The notes beneath the pieces were generated by a model. It had not been told where the DNA came from. It searched no databases and worked only from the letters and a program-made list of their open reading frames with translations. DNA of 64,000 nucleotides, from contig CM120644.1 of assembly GCA_051362555.1 (NCBI GenBank), positions 6,146,954 through 6,210,953 on the forward strand, written 5' to 3'. The translations under genes and the position numbers were made by a program. The stretch is from Lingula anatina (Eukaryota > Animalia > Brachiopoda). Within the stretch, counting starts at the first letter, position 1. Each line of letters starts with the position of its first letter. Shown here piece after piece: positions 12,569 through 25,500 of this stretch.

Positions 12569-13920
12569 AGCCATGCATACTGGAAGAAGAGTGTGTCGGG
12601 GTGATTGACAACTTTGCTGGTCGAATACAAACTTGTTTTCGGCTAAACTTCGGCCATTTAGAACACGTGCTGTAAAAATTCATTAACTGAGCTACAGGCA
12701 TCAAATCAGTGCTTTTCTAATTGTTATTATTTCGGCTTCAGGTACATGTAATCCTGTCTCAGTTTCTTTCCTCAATAATATATCATCCTTATATTAATCG
12801 GTCCCACGTGTTTTGAGACACCCTGTACTTATTCTTCACAGTTTAACCCGACATACGTTGACAATTTCTTTGACAATAATCCGGTGGACGAATAATATAC
12901 TGCAACACCAATCATCACGAAGTGGTAGTAGTTTATGCTTGATATTTGGTTGTAAAAATCCCGAGTGTTTTCACTACAACAAGTTACGTGCACTACTTTG
13001 CATTTCCTTTCGTGAATAAAGCACTACTTATTTTCGTTAAGACTTCGTTAAGTTTTTTGTTAGTGTCTGTACCATAAAGGATAAGCGACATACCATCAGA
13101 ATGGCTTGAACGAGCTTATCCTCCAAAAGCATGCCCAACTTTATCAAAATACACAAATCACAAGTTCATTATGTAAATATCTAGCTTCTTTAAAAATGCG
13201 TTTTTTTCAATAGGTCGGGAAGTTGATGTGGTCGGGTGGCTCCAAAGTAGCTGATTCCGTCTGAAAGGGGAGGGAGCCAGCACGTTAAGCTTTCAAACAG
13301 AGCTGTCATAATCTACCTGTAAATCCTCGTAAAGCTATTTTCCTGTCTAATTAATTATTTAACTAGCATTTAATAACGACTATCCCAACTGGGACAAAGT
13401 CATGCAGTCGAATGACTTGAGCGCATCTTAACAATATTCGGGATGGAAGACATGTATAATTGTGGAACTCGAAATTTCCCCATAAAAATTTGAACAATGG
13501 AGTCCATAGAGTCTGAAAGTAACGACAACAGTTGACATATTTTAATTATATTTTATCCTAAAAGACAAATCTGAGTCTGACATGAGGGATTTCTCGCAAT
13601 AACCCAGGGAGACCGTACAAAAACTTCCTTTTGCTCTCAAAATAAATATTTTCAAATACTTTGGAAAGAAACGCACTGTTTTCCTTTTTTCTTTTTAGTT
13701 TGCTGTAATCAAATACTTCATATATTTAATGATAAAAAATCAAATCGAACACCAAGAAATTCGTTTAGTTGGCAACTGTAACGTAATATTAAAAATAAAA
13801 AACGTAAGGGATATGATGATTTTTATTAATAGGAGAGGTCAAAGAAGTGAATATTTTGCCCCATTTATTGGCAATCGTGAAAATTGATTTTCATACAAGT
13901 TAACCATATTTTAAAAGATT

Positions 13921-14171
13921 ATTTACCAGTTTGAGAGCTGGTAACCGTTTTAAATAGTGATCAAAATTTAACAACAGCATGTAGGACTATAGGTGGGGCA
14001 ACCTTTTTGACCAAGAGTGTATTTAAAAAATGATATGGTGATTTACCAGTTTTTGAGTTTTTGAGAGCTGTTAACCGTTTTAAATAGTGATCAAATGTAA
14101 ACAACAGCATGTAGGACTATAGGTGGGGCAACCTTTTTGACCAAGAGTGTATTTAAAAAATGATATGGTGA
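13921..14171. repeat. Two-copy tandem duplication, about 120-130 bp unit
   Basis: atttaccagt...gtaggactataggtggggcaacc...atgatatggtga repeated at 13921 and 14041. Confidence 0.9.
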
Positions 14172-15023
14172 AAGATTTGTTTGCTTTGTTTATGCGCATT
14201 CACTTACTGCACTGTATCTGGTGGGAAGACGCAGGATGAGAGGGGACCTTAGAATCTAAATGGGGGGAGGGGGGCTGTTGCCCCCCCCCCCCCGGCCCCT
14301 GTTGAATTGACACTATATAGTCCAGATAACTCACGTATTAAGAACTCATATGTTTTTTGTTTGCAATGAATCAACAGATGATCTGATGGTAACGTCGGGA
14401 AAGAACAATAACGTAACTGATATGTGCTACATAAATCAGTCAAGGGCCAGATAACGTGCACTTCATTAAGTAGTCCTCAAGAGTACATTCCAATAGGAAG
14501 ATAATACAAGGGGTTCAACTTTCAGTACTTTGTAATTTCGAAAAGTAATATAACCAAAAGCAATTTTTGGCTATAAAAAGCATAACATTTCATTGGACCG
14601 TTTATTAGATTAATTACAATTGCGTTGATATAGTAAGAAGAGTGATACCGTGGAACCAAACCTTTGACATAACAATATAAAAATAAATAAATTAACGGTA
14701 GGAATGTCATTTGACATGAAAGAATCTGTGATGACGATGTATAATCAACAATGCTGTTAATTTTCAAGCTGGTTAATGTATCATAAAACAAGCTATTGTT
14801 GCCCCCATTTACTGGCCACTTGTACTTCCAATTACACAATATGTTGTGCATGCTATCACAATTGGCATGATACAGTCTCTTAACATATTATTCATAGTCA
14901 CTGTCACCTCTCAAGTTCAGATATCACGTGCTAGACTATAAAGGAGACTGGGCGCTCTATATACCTCACATGTAATTGTTCCACTATTGACTGGATGTCT
15001 TTCCAATGCCATGATGTGACAAT

Positions 15024-16835
15024 ATGGCCGAGGCATTGGCAGCGGCCTTCACGGATAACATTTTGACATGTAGCATCTGTCTGGAAGAGTATGAGGACCC
15101 CCGCTTGCTGCCATGCTACCATACATTTTGCCTTGCTTGCATATCTGACCATGCCAAGGGAACTCTCACTACAAAGAGGACATTTCAGTGCCCTGTTTGC
15201 CGAGAAGACGTCCAGTTTCCACCAGGTGGACTTTCTGAATTAAAAAAGAATTTTGCCTTTTGTAAGGCCAAGGACATAATAAACCAGCAACAAATAGAAA
15301 GAGAGGCATCAGAAAATGTAAAGAGTAATGTGGAAGCAGTGACACAGGCCGTTGCACAATTGTCCATCGGTTGTGAGAAACATCCTGGTAATGAACTCAA
15401 ATACTACTGTGAAGATGATGATACCGTTGTTTGTGCTGACTGTGCATTAGCAGATCATTACAGGCATGGTATTTTACCTGTAGAAGAAGTTGCAAAAAGC
15501 AATAGAGAAAAAATTGAAAATGCCCTTGTTAAAACGCTGGCAAAAATTAACGTATTTAAAGAGGCAGTCGCCGAGGAAACAACCAATAAATGTGAGGACT
15601 CTCGTATCAGGACAGCCACTATCAACACCATTGAGAGACAAACGCAGCATATCTGTACATTAATTAATGAGAGGAAAGAGACACTGATATCAGAAGTTAA
15701 TTCTGCTTATGATCTTAGAATGACGCAAAGAGAGGTTAACAAGGACAACCTTGAACTCCACCATGCCTCCTTGCAAAGTGTCTGTGACTTTGCCCAACAA
15801 CTTGTCGCAAATGGCACCGACTCTGATATCATGGTTCATGCAAAGTCTCTCACAAATAAACTGACAACAATGGAAAACATACCAGTACCAACACCAGACA
15901 CAACTGCAGAGATTTCTTATAGTCCTGGTGAGATATCTACTGCTGGACTGGAAGCCATGTTAGGGCAGGTGAAAGTACAGTCAAACCCCCCATCAGCTAG
16001 GCAGGGAACACATCCAAAATCAAGACCCAGTCTTCCCGTTTTCTTAGAGAAGGCAGAATGTGTACATTCCTTCACTGTTAAACTGAAATTTGAAAAGGAA
16101 AATGTTATCATATGGGGGTTAGCCACAGATGAGCAATATATATATGCTACGGGTTATAGAAATGACATAATAATAGTATTCACACATGCAGGTCACTTCA
16201 TGTTTGGCATAAAATTAAAGAAACCTTTTGATGTAGCTGTGTCACAGACTGGTCGCATGTATATAACATCAATAGGTGACAGATGTGTCAAAGTGTACTC
16301 AACCAAAGGTAAACCGGTGACAACCATGGGTCAGGGTCAACTGGAAAAACCAAGTTGTATCACAATGAATAGACAAGGTAATGTGATGATTTTTGATGTG
16401 GAAAAAGAATCTATCCTCACATTCCACGCAGGCAGTGGGCATCTCCTGAACACTATTCGACTCACTATGTGTAAATCCCCCACTTTCATCACAGTGAACA
16501 GTGCTAACGATAACATTGTGATATCAGACTTGGGCAACTGTGTACATGTGCTGTCACCTACTGGTGATCAGCTGTACCAGTATGGCACAGAGGGCAGTGG
16601 TGTTGGCCAGAGTTTACCAGGTGGAGTGTGCACAGACAGCTATGGTCACATCTTCATTGCTGATGGTCGTAACCATAGGATTGTAGCACTGAGTCCACAA
16701 GGACAGTTAATCAAATACATTGCCACTGAGGATGATGGGTTGAAACACCCCATGGCATTAGCTATTAACCCTGCTGGCCTGCTGGTGGTGGCAGAGAGAA
16801 GGGGTATAGTTAAGACATTCCTGTACTTACAATAG
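15024..16835 (+). CDS. TRIM-NHL E3 ligase (TRIM2/3-like; RING, B-box, coiled coil, NHL propeller), intronless ORF, 603 aa
   Basis: C3HC4 RING CSICLEEYEDPRLLPCYHTFC...CPVC; B-box2 CEKH..YYCEDDDTVVCADC..DHYRH; helical region; NHL repeats (PGGVCTDSYGHIFIAD). Confidence 0.93.
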   Translation: MAEALAAAFTDNILTCSICLEEYEDPRLLPCYHTFCLACISDHAKGTLTTKRTFQCPVCREDVQFPPGGLSELKKNFAFCKAKDIINQQQIEREASENVKSNVEAVTQAVAQLSIGCEKHPGNELKYYCEDDDTVVCADCALADHYRHGILPVEEVAKSNREKIENALVKTLAKINVFKEAVAEETTNKCEDSRIRTATINTIERQTQHICTLINERKETLISEVNSAYDLRMTQREVNKDNLELHHASLQSVCDFAQQLVANGTDSDIMVHAKSLTNKLTTMENIPVPTPDTTAEISYSPGEISTAGLEAMLGQVKVQSNPPSARQGTHPKSRPSLPVFLEKAECVHSFTVKLKFEKENVIIWGLATDEQYIYATGYRNDIIIVFTHAGHFMFGIKLKKPFDVAVSQTGRMYITSIGDRCVKVYSTKGKPVTTMGQGQLEKPSCITMNRQGNVMIFDVEKESILTFHAGSGHLLNTIRLTMCKSPTFITVNSANDNIVISDLGNCVHVLSPTGDQLYQYGTEGSGVGQSLPGGVCTDSYGHIFIADGRNHRIVALSPQGQLIKYIATEDDGLKHPMALAINPAGLLVVAERRGIVKTFLYLQ

Positions 16836-18122
16836 ATACACTTCACACAAAATGCTAAGTACACTGACAATGATGGTATGCCGTTTAGAACAAGAATCAA
16901 GACTGCTGGTGGTAGCAGAGTCAAAGAATAATTAATTTCAGGTATTTTAGAATTTACAATTATAGCATTGCTCATCTATTGTGCACTGATAACATTATGA
17001 TTTTGTTGAAATCTTATTTTAATACTGTATGATAAATTGTAAATAACAAAATTAAATAAGAATCGCCTGCAACTATTTTAAAAGACATGTAGCAGTTAAT
17101 TAATTCAAAATATTACATTTATCAAATGCAGTGCTATGCCAAAGATACCATGGTCTTTTCAATATTGTTTGATGTATATGTCTATTAAAAAGGCACATTC
17201 AAATTAACAGACATGTGAATGAATTCTAATAATGTCATTGCAGCTTGTTTGTAATATCACATAATAACATTATTAATCAAGTAAGAAAAAAAAACAATGG
17301 TATGAAATCATTTATCACAATTATTTATTTTGGTTGTCTCAATCACCTTTTTGTTAGTTATAAAAACATAATTTAAATTGCTTTAATGAACTAAAGCAGT
17401 GGAAACATTATTGTTGATACCCTCGTGTAGGCAAGTCAAAATACACACAAATGTTAATGTACAGTTACTTTACGTAATTTTGTTTAAATTTGGACTGCAA
17501 CTGATGGTGACATTTTGTATAATGGATGCCATTTTTATGCCATGAAAAACTTATCTAAGAGGATTATAAACAGTTTGTTACATAATGCATATGTCTCCTG
17601 GGTAATAAAAACCAATCTGACAACGAAACAGTAAGTCTTGTTATGTACTGTATATGTATATAACAGGGTCACATACATGTAGATGTCACCCTCCCTAAAC
17701 TAAAATGGATCCGTTGGTGAAAGCTACTAAGATTTTTTTACTTGTATTGCAAAATAATCCATGTTGACCATATGCAAAGAATCGAAACATTTGACAGAGA
17801 GGTGGACTCCTCACATAAATATCATTCATCTTTGTCAATGTTGGCAGACCTTTATCCAAGCTGCAAGCATAGTAGTGAGCAGAGAATGCTCTCTCTGCCT
17901 ACACCCTACACTTTTTGGGCCAATTTCAGCAAAACCGTACAATTCAGTGGACTTTTTCTGCGAAAAAAAGTCCCCCTCACTACAACATGATGCGATCTGT
18001 TGTCAAGACGCAAAACGATTCCTTCCAGTCTAAAGGCCTTCTTTTATAATAGTTAGCTATGATTCTGTTACATGTAGCTGCAAGAGCCTAAAATGTGATT
18101 GTGTTAGTTGCATTCAACTCAC

Positions 18123-18255
18123 TTTGGTCCTCTGAGCTCAATAAGAAGGTAATTCTCGGATGTGTCTAACTTGAGCTGGTAGACTGTATTAAACTTTTGT
18201 GTGTCTGCATAGTTACCACACCCCCTGCCACCCTGCCTTTCCACTGTCCTGTCAA
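18123..18255 (-). pseudogene. Duplicated calpain-7 exon 18 (pseudo-exon)
   Basis: Matches 23672-23805 ([25 protein letters not shown]). Splice sites are kept, but there is a 1-nt deletion (ccacaccccc vs ccacagccccc) and no copy of exons 19-20. Confidence 0.85.
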
Positions 18256-18961
18256 CTGGAACATGGAATAAATCACAATAATTGTGGACGTGTCCCCATA
18301 CTGTAAGATTGAAAAACATCATATGTCAAGTAACAACGTTTAATCATCTTATGTATTATTACGGATCCAAAAATTCAAAGATGGCAATAATGCATCAAAA
18401 TATATTCCATACCTTTTTAAAAGAAGCGGTCTAAAACTGATCTAAAACTGTGTCACATATATTAGTCAAGGACCAGATAACATGCACTTTACTCAATTGT
18501 ATTCAAGAGAACATTTCGACAATAAGCATTTCTTCAATCTTAAGTACTTTGTTATTTAAGTGAAGAAAAAACAAGAAATTAATTGGGTCGAAAATATTAT
18601 TTGTCTACTAGACACATTATGAAATTTTACTTGCCCGTTAATTTCCAATTTGATTTCGTGCTATCACTTTAATCGGTTTTTAAATATAAATTCTTATAGA
18701 GCTCATTCCCAATTAAATCATCCTTACACGTAGATCAACATTAATTCATTAACTGGAACTCTTGCTGAATGCAAACACTCTAATAAATTCCTCCTGAGTA
18801 GAATACAGGAACGCTGGTGATTATCCAATCACGTAGGAAACAAGATTCTTTAAATACCCATAGGCAAGGTTTCAATTTCAATCTTGACTGGGAAATTTCA
18901 GGATGTCGATCTTGGCCGTGACCTATATATACCCAGTATATACTGTGTGCGTGTGGTGAAA

Positions 18962-19130
18962 CAGTGGCAGATTAAGAGGGGGGGGGGGGGGGGGGGGTTC
19001 AGAACCCCTCGATTTCTGGGCCCCTCTTGAAATTATAATTTTGACTAGCTGAATCATAGTTCTCTGAATCAAAGTTCTCAAATGGCATCATTCGCCCTCT
19101 AAAAAATCAAAAAAATTTCGGGCCCTATAC
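18962..19130. mobile_element. MITE of the same family as 6235-6480, opposite orientation
   Basis: cagtggcagattaagagggg...cccctcttgaaattataattttgactagctgaatcatagttct matches the reverse complement of 6355-6480. Confidence 0.7.
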
Positions 19131-19857
19131 AACTGTATAGTCCAGAAAACTCACGTATTAAGAGGACATATATTTGTTGGGACTTATTCAGCTGATGATC
19201 TGATGATAATGTCGGGAATGAACAATAACATAACTGATCTGAAGCTGTACTACATAAATCAGTCAAGGGCCAGATAACGTGCACTTCATTCAGTCGTCCT
19301 CAAGAGTACATTCCAATAGAAAGATAATATAAGGCGTTCATCTTTCAGTACTTTGTAATTTCGATTAAAGTCATATAACCAAAAGCAATTTTATGGCTAT
19401 TAAAAGCATGGCATTTCATTGAACCGTTCAACCGGTTATTAAAAATTGCGTTAAATTTAGTGATGAGGGTGTAACCGTGGAATCAAACATGACAACATAA
19501 TACATGGATAAATAAATGTTAGGAATTTCATCTGACATGAAAGAATCTGTAATGAGGATGTATAACCAACAATGCTGTAAATGTTGAAACTGGTTAATGT
19601 ATAATAAAACAAGCTATTGTTGCCCACATTTTCTGGTCACTTGTACCTACATGTACAGTTAGCCTATATCTAATGTATTGTGTATGTTATCAATATTGGC
19701 ATGATACAGTTTCTTTACATATTATTCATAGTCACTGTCACCTCTCATGTTCAGATATCATGTACTAGACTATAAAGGAAACTGGGTGCGCTGTACACCT
19801 CGCATGTCATTGTTCCACTATTGACTGGATGTCTTTCCAATGCAATGATCTGACAAT

Positions 19858-21357
19858 ATGGCCGAGGCATTAGCAGCGGCTTTCACGGATAACATCTTGA
19901 CATGTAGTATCTGTCTGGAAGAGTATCAGGACCCCCGAATGCTGTCATGCTACCATACATTCTGCCTTGTTTGTATATCTGACCACGCAAAGAGAACCAT
20001 CACTAGGAACAGGACATTTCAGTGCCCTGTCTGCCGAGAAGATGTCCAGTTTCCAGCAGGTGGACTTTCTAAATTCAAAAAGAATTTTGCCTTTTGCAAG
20101 GCCAAAGACATAATAAACCAGCAACAAACAGAAAGAGGGGCACCAGAAAATGTACAGACTAATGTGGAAGCAGCGACACAGGTCGTTGTAAAGTTCACCA
20201 ACGGTTGTGAGAAACATCCTGGTAACGAACTCAAATACTACTGTGAAGAAGATGATACCGTTGTTTGTGGTGACTGTGCATTAACAGATCATTACAGGCA
20301 TGATATTTTACCTGTAGAAAAAGCTGACAAAAGCAACAGTGAAAAAATCAAAACTGCTCTCGTTAAAACAAAAGTAGGCCTAAACGTATTCAAAGAGGCA
20401 GTCGTCAAGGAAGCAACCATAGAGTTTGAGGGGTATCGTGAGGCATCTACTGCTGGACTGGAAGCCATGTTAGGACAGGTGACAGTACAGTCAAAACCTA
20501 CATTATCTGGGCAGGTGACAAATCCAATGTCAGAAACAAATCTTCCCGTTTTCTTAAAGAAGGCAAAATGTGTGCATTCCTTCACGGCTAAACTGAAACA
20601 TGATAAGGGAAATTTTATTATATGTGGGTTAGCCATAGATGAGCAATTTATATATGTTACACTTTTAATAAATGACAAAACAAAAGTACGGGTATTCACT
20701 CATGCAGGTCTGTTCATGTTTGATATAAAGTTAAACACGCCATTTCATGTGGCTGTGTCACAGACTGGTAAACTGTATATAACATTAATAGGTGACAAAT
20801 GTGTCAAAGTGTACTCCACCACAGGTAAACAGGTGACGACCATGGGTCAGAGTCAACTGGAGGAGCCAACTGGCATCACACTGAACAGACATGGCTATGT
20901 GATGGTTTGTGACGCAGAAAAGAAATCCATCTTCACATTCCGTGCAGACACTGGACAGCTCCTGAACACAATTCCACTCACTGCGTGCGAATGCCCCACT
21001 TTCATCACAGTGAACGGTGCCAATGATAACATTGTGATATCAGACGTTGACACATATTGTGTACACGTGCTGTCACCTACTGGTGATCAGCTGTACCAGT
21101 ATGGCACAAAAGGCAGTGGTGATGGTCAGCTGGATAAACCATGTGGAGTGTGCGTGGATAGATATGGCCACATCTTCATTGCCGATTGTTATAACAACAG
21201 GGTTGTAGGACTGAGTCCACAAGGGCAGTTCATCAAACACATTGCAACTGAGGACGATGGGTTGGAATATCCCATAGGATTATCTATCAACCCTGCTGGC
21301 CTGCTGGTGGTGGCAGAGGGAGAGGGCAAAGTTAAGACACTCCAGTACTTACAATAG
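19858..21357 (+). CDS. Second TRIM-NHL paralog, 499 aa, with in-frame loss of most of the coiled coil
   Basis: Same RING/B-box/NHL motifs as 15024-16835; lacks the counterpart of about 15606-15929 (108 codons). Confidence 0.9.
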   Translation: MAEALAAAFTDNILTCSICLEEYQDPRMLSCYHTFCLVCISDHAKRTITRNRTFQCPVCREDVQFPAGGLSKFKKNFAFCKAKDIINQQQTERGAPENVQTNVEAATQVVVKFTNGCEKHPGNELKYYCEEDDTVVCGDCALTDHYRHDILPVEKADKSNSEKIKTALVKTKVGLNVFKEAVVKEATIEFEGYREASTAGLEAMLGQVTVQSKPTLSGQVTNPMSETNLPVFLKKAKCVHSFTAKLKHDKGNFIICGLAIDEQFIYVTLLINDKTKVRVFTHAGLFMFDIKLNTPFHVAVSQTGKLYITLIGDKCVKVYSTTGKQVTTMGQSQLEEPTGITLNRHGYVMVCDAEKKSIFTFRADTGQLLNTIPLTACECPTFITVNGANDNIVISDVDTYCVHVLSPTGDQLYQYGTKGSGDGQLDKPCGVCVDRYGHIFIADCYNNRVVGLSPQGQFIKHIATEDDGLEYPIGLSINPAGLLVVAEGEGKVKTLQYLQ

Positions 21358-22587
21358 ATACTGTACTAAGTATACTAACAATGATGACACATCATTTAGA
21401 ACAAGAATCAAGAACAAGAATCAAGGCTGCTGTTAGTAGCAGAGTCAAAGAAAAATTAATTTCAGGTATTTTAGGATTTACAGTATTAATTGTTCACCTA
21501 TTGTGCACTGATAACACAATAATTATGTTAGGATCTTATTATAATACAGTGTGATAAATGGTAAATAAAATTTAATAAGAATCACCTGGAATTCTTTTAA
21601 AAGACATGTAGCAAATAACTTATTCCATGTATTACATTATAGAAGCAATGTTATGCCAAAGATATCATGGCCTTTTCAATATTGTTCAATGTGCATGCCT
21701 ATTATACAGGCACACCCAAAATAATAGATGTGTGGTATGTACATGAATTCTAATAATGCCATTACAGATTGTGTGTAAATATTATTGATATTATATCATT
21801 ATTCATAAAGCATAAAAACAAACACTTGTCTGAATCATATTTATTTTGGTTGTCTCAATAACCCTTTCATTTAGTAAGAAAATAATTGAGATTGAAGTTT
21901 TGAATAAACCAAAGCAGCGGAAAGATTGTTGTTGATACTCTCGTAGAGTCAATTCAAAATGCACACAAGAATTCATATAGAGTTACTTTGTAAAATTTTG
22001 TATAAATTTGGACTGCAACTGATGGTGACATTGTGTATAAATGGTGACATTGTCATATCATGAAAACCCCCGATTCAAGAAGCATATAGAAAATTTGTTA
22101 CAAAATGTATGTTTCTTCGGTAATAAAAACCTATCTGACTTTGAAACAGTCTTTTAATGTACTGTACATGTATATAATAGGGTCATGAACACGTAAATGT
22201 CACCCTCCCCAATCTGAAATTATGGATTTGCTGGTGGAAGCTGATAATCTTTTTATAATCCTACTGCAAAATAATTCAAATTCACCATATGCAAAGAACC
22301 ATTTGACAGAGGGATGAAATCCTCACATGAATGTTATTCCTCTTTTTCAATTTAAGCCTTTTTGGCCATTTTTCACAAAAGCATTCAATTTTGTGGATTT
22401 TTTTCTGAGAAAATGTTGCCCACACCCCCACAGCCTGATGTGGTCTTTTGTCAAGAAATGAAACTGAAACAATTTCTTTTAGTCTTAAGGTTTTCTGCAT
22501 TTTAACTATTAAAACTGGTTCGGAATAATCCCTGTTGTCCTCCCAGTTATTGCCATAATCCAAGACTTCTATTCCAATATAACATGA

Positions 22588-25500
22588 TCACTGTAGTTGT
22601 GATATTGTAAATGGGTTGGATGAGCTAATGTTGAGAAGAAAAGGTCCTTCCTCTTTTGGATAAAATGTGGATGGCATTATGTTATAAATGCCACCAGGTA
22701 TACTGTCCAACTGAAGAACACAGAAACCTCTCCTGGAAAAGTAAGAATTTATAATGATAACATTATAAAGACTACTGTTTGGGTAGACTATTCCAAATAT
22801 CTAATTTTTTATGTAACTTGAGAAGAAAACACAATGCTATATGTTGTTTTTAAATGGATTTATTTACTTGTTGTTTAAAGAAATCTTTCTGTGAGCGCAT
22901 AAACCATCTGATAAATACAGGGGTCTTAACATATGATTAAATTTTTCTTGCTTTCAGTGGCTGTTGTTGAGAAGGAAATAACAATAATCTGCATATTTTT
23001 AATTATTAAAATATATAATAGAGCTGTACTTTCAACGTTAAATAATATATTCAAGGCAATTTGCTAAAAAAAAAAAAAAAGAACCCACTCTCAAACCTTC
23101 CAAATCCCCAAGCTTTTTCAACACAAACACAGCAATTTTTAACACTAAATTAGAATAAAGAAACACTATAAATGATTAATTCCATTCCCTGCCTTATATA
23201 ATGGCATCACCGCATGTGAAGTTGTATTCCTACCTGTAATCTCCAGAGGTCTTTTTCTGGAAGCTGCCTGCTGATTCATTGCAAGACACTGCAAAAACTT
23301 CAAACCCAACACTGTATTGCCTGAAAAAAAAAAAAAAATAAATAAATAAAAAAATAAATTAAAAAATATTTAAAAAGAGAAAACCATGGGGTAAGAGATT
23401 TTGAATTTCTTATTCCTTAAACAACTTCTTATATCTTATTGCTAAAATAATAAATGCTTTAATTGTGTAATGTGTGATTACATTCCCTTGTTGTAACTGT
23501 GCTACTTTTAAAACTGTCCTATCTGTGATTGTGCCACTCGTGATCACCCTAGCTGTGATTATATTACCTGTGACCAACTTAGCCATGACTGTGTTACTTA
23601 AGATTGCTAAGCTATGATTGTGTTAGTTGTAAGAGCCCTAGCAGCAATTCTACTAGCTGCATTCTACTCACTTTGGTCCTCTGAGCTCAATAAGAAGGTA
23701 GTTCTCGGCTGTGTCTAACTTGAGTTGGTAGACTGGATTAGACTGGTGTGTGTCTGGATAGTTACCACAGCCCCCTGCTGTCCTGCCTTTCCACTGCCCT
23801 GTCAACTGGAACATGGAATAAATTACCTTCATTGTGGGTGTGGCCATACTGAATGATTGACAGGCTGATAACCTCATGGTAATGGCTTGATTATTTCAAA
23901 CTGTGAATTCTATAGATACTGTATTTTTTAGTATTGAATTCTTAAAATTAGAACATTCCGGTTGACTGTGATAATGCAATTGAAAAGCACACCAACTAAT
24001 AGTTCTATTTTATACAGTGAAAGCACCAAAATGCCACATGGAAATGTTTTTTATGATTCCAAAATAATGTCTAAAAAATTGATATTTTTCCCTGTTGAAA
24101 TGATATAGTACCATATTAACAAATAGGATTTTTTTTCATCTGGAATATTCTAACCATATCAGGTTAAAATGTCTAAAATTGCAACTGAGAAATATGGAGA
24201 CCAAATTGTTAGCTTTACATAATAAACAAATATTATCATTACATTCTTGCAGGTCTAGAAGCAGGGTTGTTAGATGTAAACACAGGACATCTCTTGCTGG
24301 TTTTTGTCCTGTATTGTTTCATAGCTATTCAGTTTAATGGCACAGGGGGAAAAGAAGATACCTCCAAAGCTAGGAGGTCAGGAATGGGGTGGGGGCATGA
24401 TCCAATACCCCCCCCCCCCCCCCCCCCCAGCTGTAGACTTGGACCTTAATTTCACCTGTTTCTCATATTTTGGATTATAGGGTTCCATGATCTTGCTGAA
24501 GACAAACTCGCAGGTAGAGTACACTCTCAGTGTGTAGTGAATAGTGTTGTTCTTCTCATACTGCGACGTGACCAGCGTGTACGTTGAGGAGCCGTTCACA
24601 TCCTCCAGCATCTTGCATAGATAATGCGGGCTGTTGATTCGGACGCCATCTTTGTATGGCGGAGGGTCATCTGCAAATATAATCACACCAATCTGAAATA
24701 GCATCATAGTACCATTATATACCTAAAACATCTTTAAATTTGATTCTGACAAGAATACTGATCCTTGATGTCAAATGTTTTTGTAGTCACAAATTAAGAG
24801 GACAATATCAGTACTCTTGAGTTTCACAACCCATACAAATAAGCTGCATTTGTATATTTCATACTACATACACTAGGAACCCAACATGATGGTAATGCTT
24901 TCTCTAGAAATGAAATGTCACAGTGCAGTTATTTTACATACTTCAATCCATGTACTTACAAGGATAAAATACTCTCTTTCCTGACCCCTTGTAAACTAAG
25001 ACGGTGATAAATTCCCTGTTGTTGGCAAAATCATCCTAAAAACAATATATAAACTGTAATTTATTTCATTTCCAGTCAAAATAGAAAACAAACACATGTA
25101 TGTATAAGTCTGTTGAGCTGCTTGTGCAAAAATATGAATTCGAAGTAACTGTGAACTTATGTATATGTGTGTGTGTTTGTATTAATTGTTGAGTTCATTA
25201 AGCCGTGTGTGTGTGTGTGTGTGTGTGTTTCAGATCATGGACAATGGTGTCATCCAAGTATCACAAGTTACTCACCCTATCCTTGATATGTCTAGTCATC
25301 AGTATCCAGACAGCAGCTTTGGTTGGGTGTGGTGACTTCAACTCCAGTCGGTATTGGGGATTATCTCCGATGTTGTACACATCTTTCTTGGGACCTTCTT
25401 TGGCTGTCCATGTGCTGGAGAAAAATACTGAGACATATGAAACTCTGTCTCATGATAAAAATTCAAATTGTACATTGTGTGTTTGAATTTGCAGTGAAAC

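Larger units (their letters stand above)
14323..23850 (+). repeat. Tandem duplication: about 14323-18305 vs about 19133-23850 (TRIM gene plus calpain-7 3' end)
   Basis: Upstream 700 bp, ORF and downstream 1.2 kb align. 18060-18300 matches calpain-7 exon 18 and its flanks. Confidence 0.9.

Noticed and set aside
14931-15023. Possible calpain-derived sequence just upstream of the TRIM ATG
   Set aside because: Similarity limited to a few short words; not convincing.
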